From assembly GCA_035294545.1 (NCBI GenBank), contig DATGKS010000068.1:1389-65388 (forward strand): a stretch of 64,000 nucleotides of DNA, given 5' to 3'. The notes beneath the pieces are model-generated. The model was not told the DNA's origin, did not search any database, and worked only from the letters and a program-made list of their open reading frames with translations. Position numbers and translations under genes: made by a program. Of the stretch, positions 63,253-64,000 are shown in pieces. Origin of the DNA: Solirubrobacteraceae bacterium (GTDB taxonomy: Bacteria; Actinomycetota; Thermoleophilia; Solirubrobacterales; Solirubrobacteraceae). Numbering within the stretch: position 1 is the stretch's first letter; each line of letters begins with the position of its first letter.

Positions 63253-64000
63253 GCGCCGGGACCGCCTACCGCTACGACGCCTCCGTGCTCCGCGAGGTGT
63301 TCGAGCGTCGCTTCACCTACGTCGCGGGCATCGAGCGCAACAGCCACCGCTTCGCCCGCAGCCCGGCGCTCCACGACCCGGCCACCGGCCGACGCTGGAC
63401 GTACGCCGAGCTCTGGAGCGACGCGGGGCGGCTCGCCGACGCGCTGCGCTCCCGCGGTGTCGCCCCGGGCCAGAGCGTCGTGTTCTCGCTGTTCAACGGG
63501 CCGGAGTTCGCGCTGCTGTGGGTCGCCTGCCTGCGCCTGGGAGCGATCGCCACGCCGATCAACTTCCGCCTGTCGGCCGGGGAGGTCGCGCACGTGCTCG
63601 ACGATTCGCTGCCGGGCGCGTTCGCGTTCGACGCGGCGCTGCAGCGCACGGCCGCGGACGCGCTCACGCGGGCCGAGCATCAGCCCGCGCTGCTCGTCGC
63701 CGTGGGCGAGGCCGCGGCCCCCGCCGCCTCGTTCGCGGAACTGCTCGCCACCGGCGATCCGGCGGCCGACGTCCACCCGCCGGCGGAGACGACGATCTAC
63801 GAGGAGACGACGCGGCTCTACACGTCCGGCACGACCGGCCTGCCGAAGGGAGTCTCACTCTGCAGCCTCACCGAGACGCTCTCGGCTCACGACGTGATCA
63901 TGCATTTCCCGCTCGAGCCGCACGACCGCACGCTCAACATGACGCCGTGGTTCCATCGCGGCGGCCTGTACTCGGGCGGGCCGAACCCGGTCTTCTACGT
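63249..64000 (+). CDS. AMP-dependent synthetase/ligase, N-terminal part (runs off the right edge)
   Basis: GTG 63249 makes a GTGA overlap. The AMP-binding motif LYTSGTTGLPKGV is present. Confidence 0.85.
   Translation, partial: MSAGTAYRYDASVLREVFERRFTYVAGIERNSHRFARSPALHDPATGRRWTYAELWSDAGRLADALRSRGVAPGQSVVFSLFNGPEFALLWVACLRLGAIATPINFRLSAGEVAHVLDDSLPGAFAFDAALQRTAADALTRAEHQPALLVAVGEAAAPAASFAELLATGDPAADVHPPAETTIYEETTRLYTSGTTGLPKGVSLCSLTETLSAHDVIMHFPLEPHDRTLNMTPWFHRGGLYSGGPNPVFY

Overview
A 64-kb, very GC-rich chromosomal segment that looks like Actinomycetota. The taxon cannot be fixed from the sequence alone. All family calls come from reading the ORF-track translations and recognising motifs; no database search was run. 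Many long ORFs in the track are antisense or out-of-frame shadows typical of high-GC DNA and were discarded. I support about 70 coding genes, one tRNA, several repeats, and a few regulatory or structural sites.

Gene blocks, left to right:
- 0.4-14.2 kb: a photo-oxidative or UV-stress supra-cluster. It holds a photolyase operon ending in an ECF sigma and a ZAS-Asp23 anti-sigma. It also holds two DUF1990 genes, a MerR regulator, and a SigK/RskA-like pair followed by tatA, an FAD oxidoreductase, DUF1365 and a CFA-synthase-like gene.
- 14.3-21.0 kb: a complete protocatechuate / 4-hydroxybenzoate beta-ketoadipate operon (pobA-pcaIJ-pcaHG-pcaB-pcaD-pcaC).
- 21.1-24.5 kb: secG and ccmE-ccmF.
- 24.6-40.8 kb: housekeeping and repair genes (DEAD-box helicase, zwf, alkA, tag, a Fur-family regulator, chrA).
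- 40.8-47.6 kb: two OmpR-type two-component systems, mntP, and DUF47-Pit.
- 47.6-52.0 kb: a scrambled accessory stretch with gene remnants.
- 52.3-56.9 kb: a compositionally atypical signalling cluster (GAF-EAL-histidine kinase plus two unusual response regulators), next to tRNA-Gly(CCC).
- 57.4-64.0 kb: ccmG-ccmH, argS, an RCK potassium-channel gene, rlmH and others.

I found no transposase, integrase, phage gene, CRISPR array or recognisable defence system.

The most unusual signal is at three gene junctions in the pca operon. Each carries a tandem duplication of the overlapping stop/start junction. Every duplication has a length that closes a mini-ORF, so stop and start codons overlap at each step, giving a possible translational relay.

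Other points worth a second look:
- a roughly 160-nt concentric rod-like hairpin between alkA and an acyl-CoA ligase gene
- a shared GGTGATCC promoter-like motif upstream of three units
- CcmE with CxxxY instead of HxxxY, even though CcmH is present
- ArgS lacking both histidines of the HIGH signature
- degenerate selectivity filters in two channel genes
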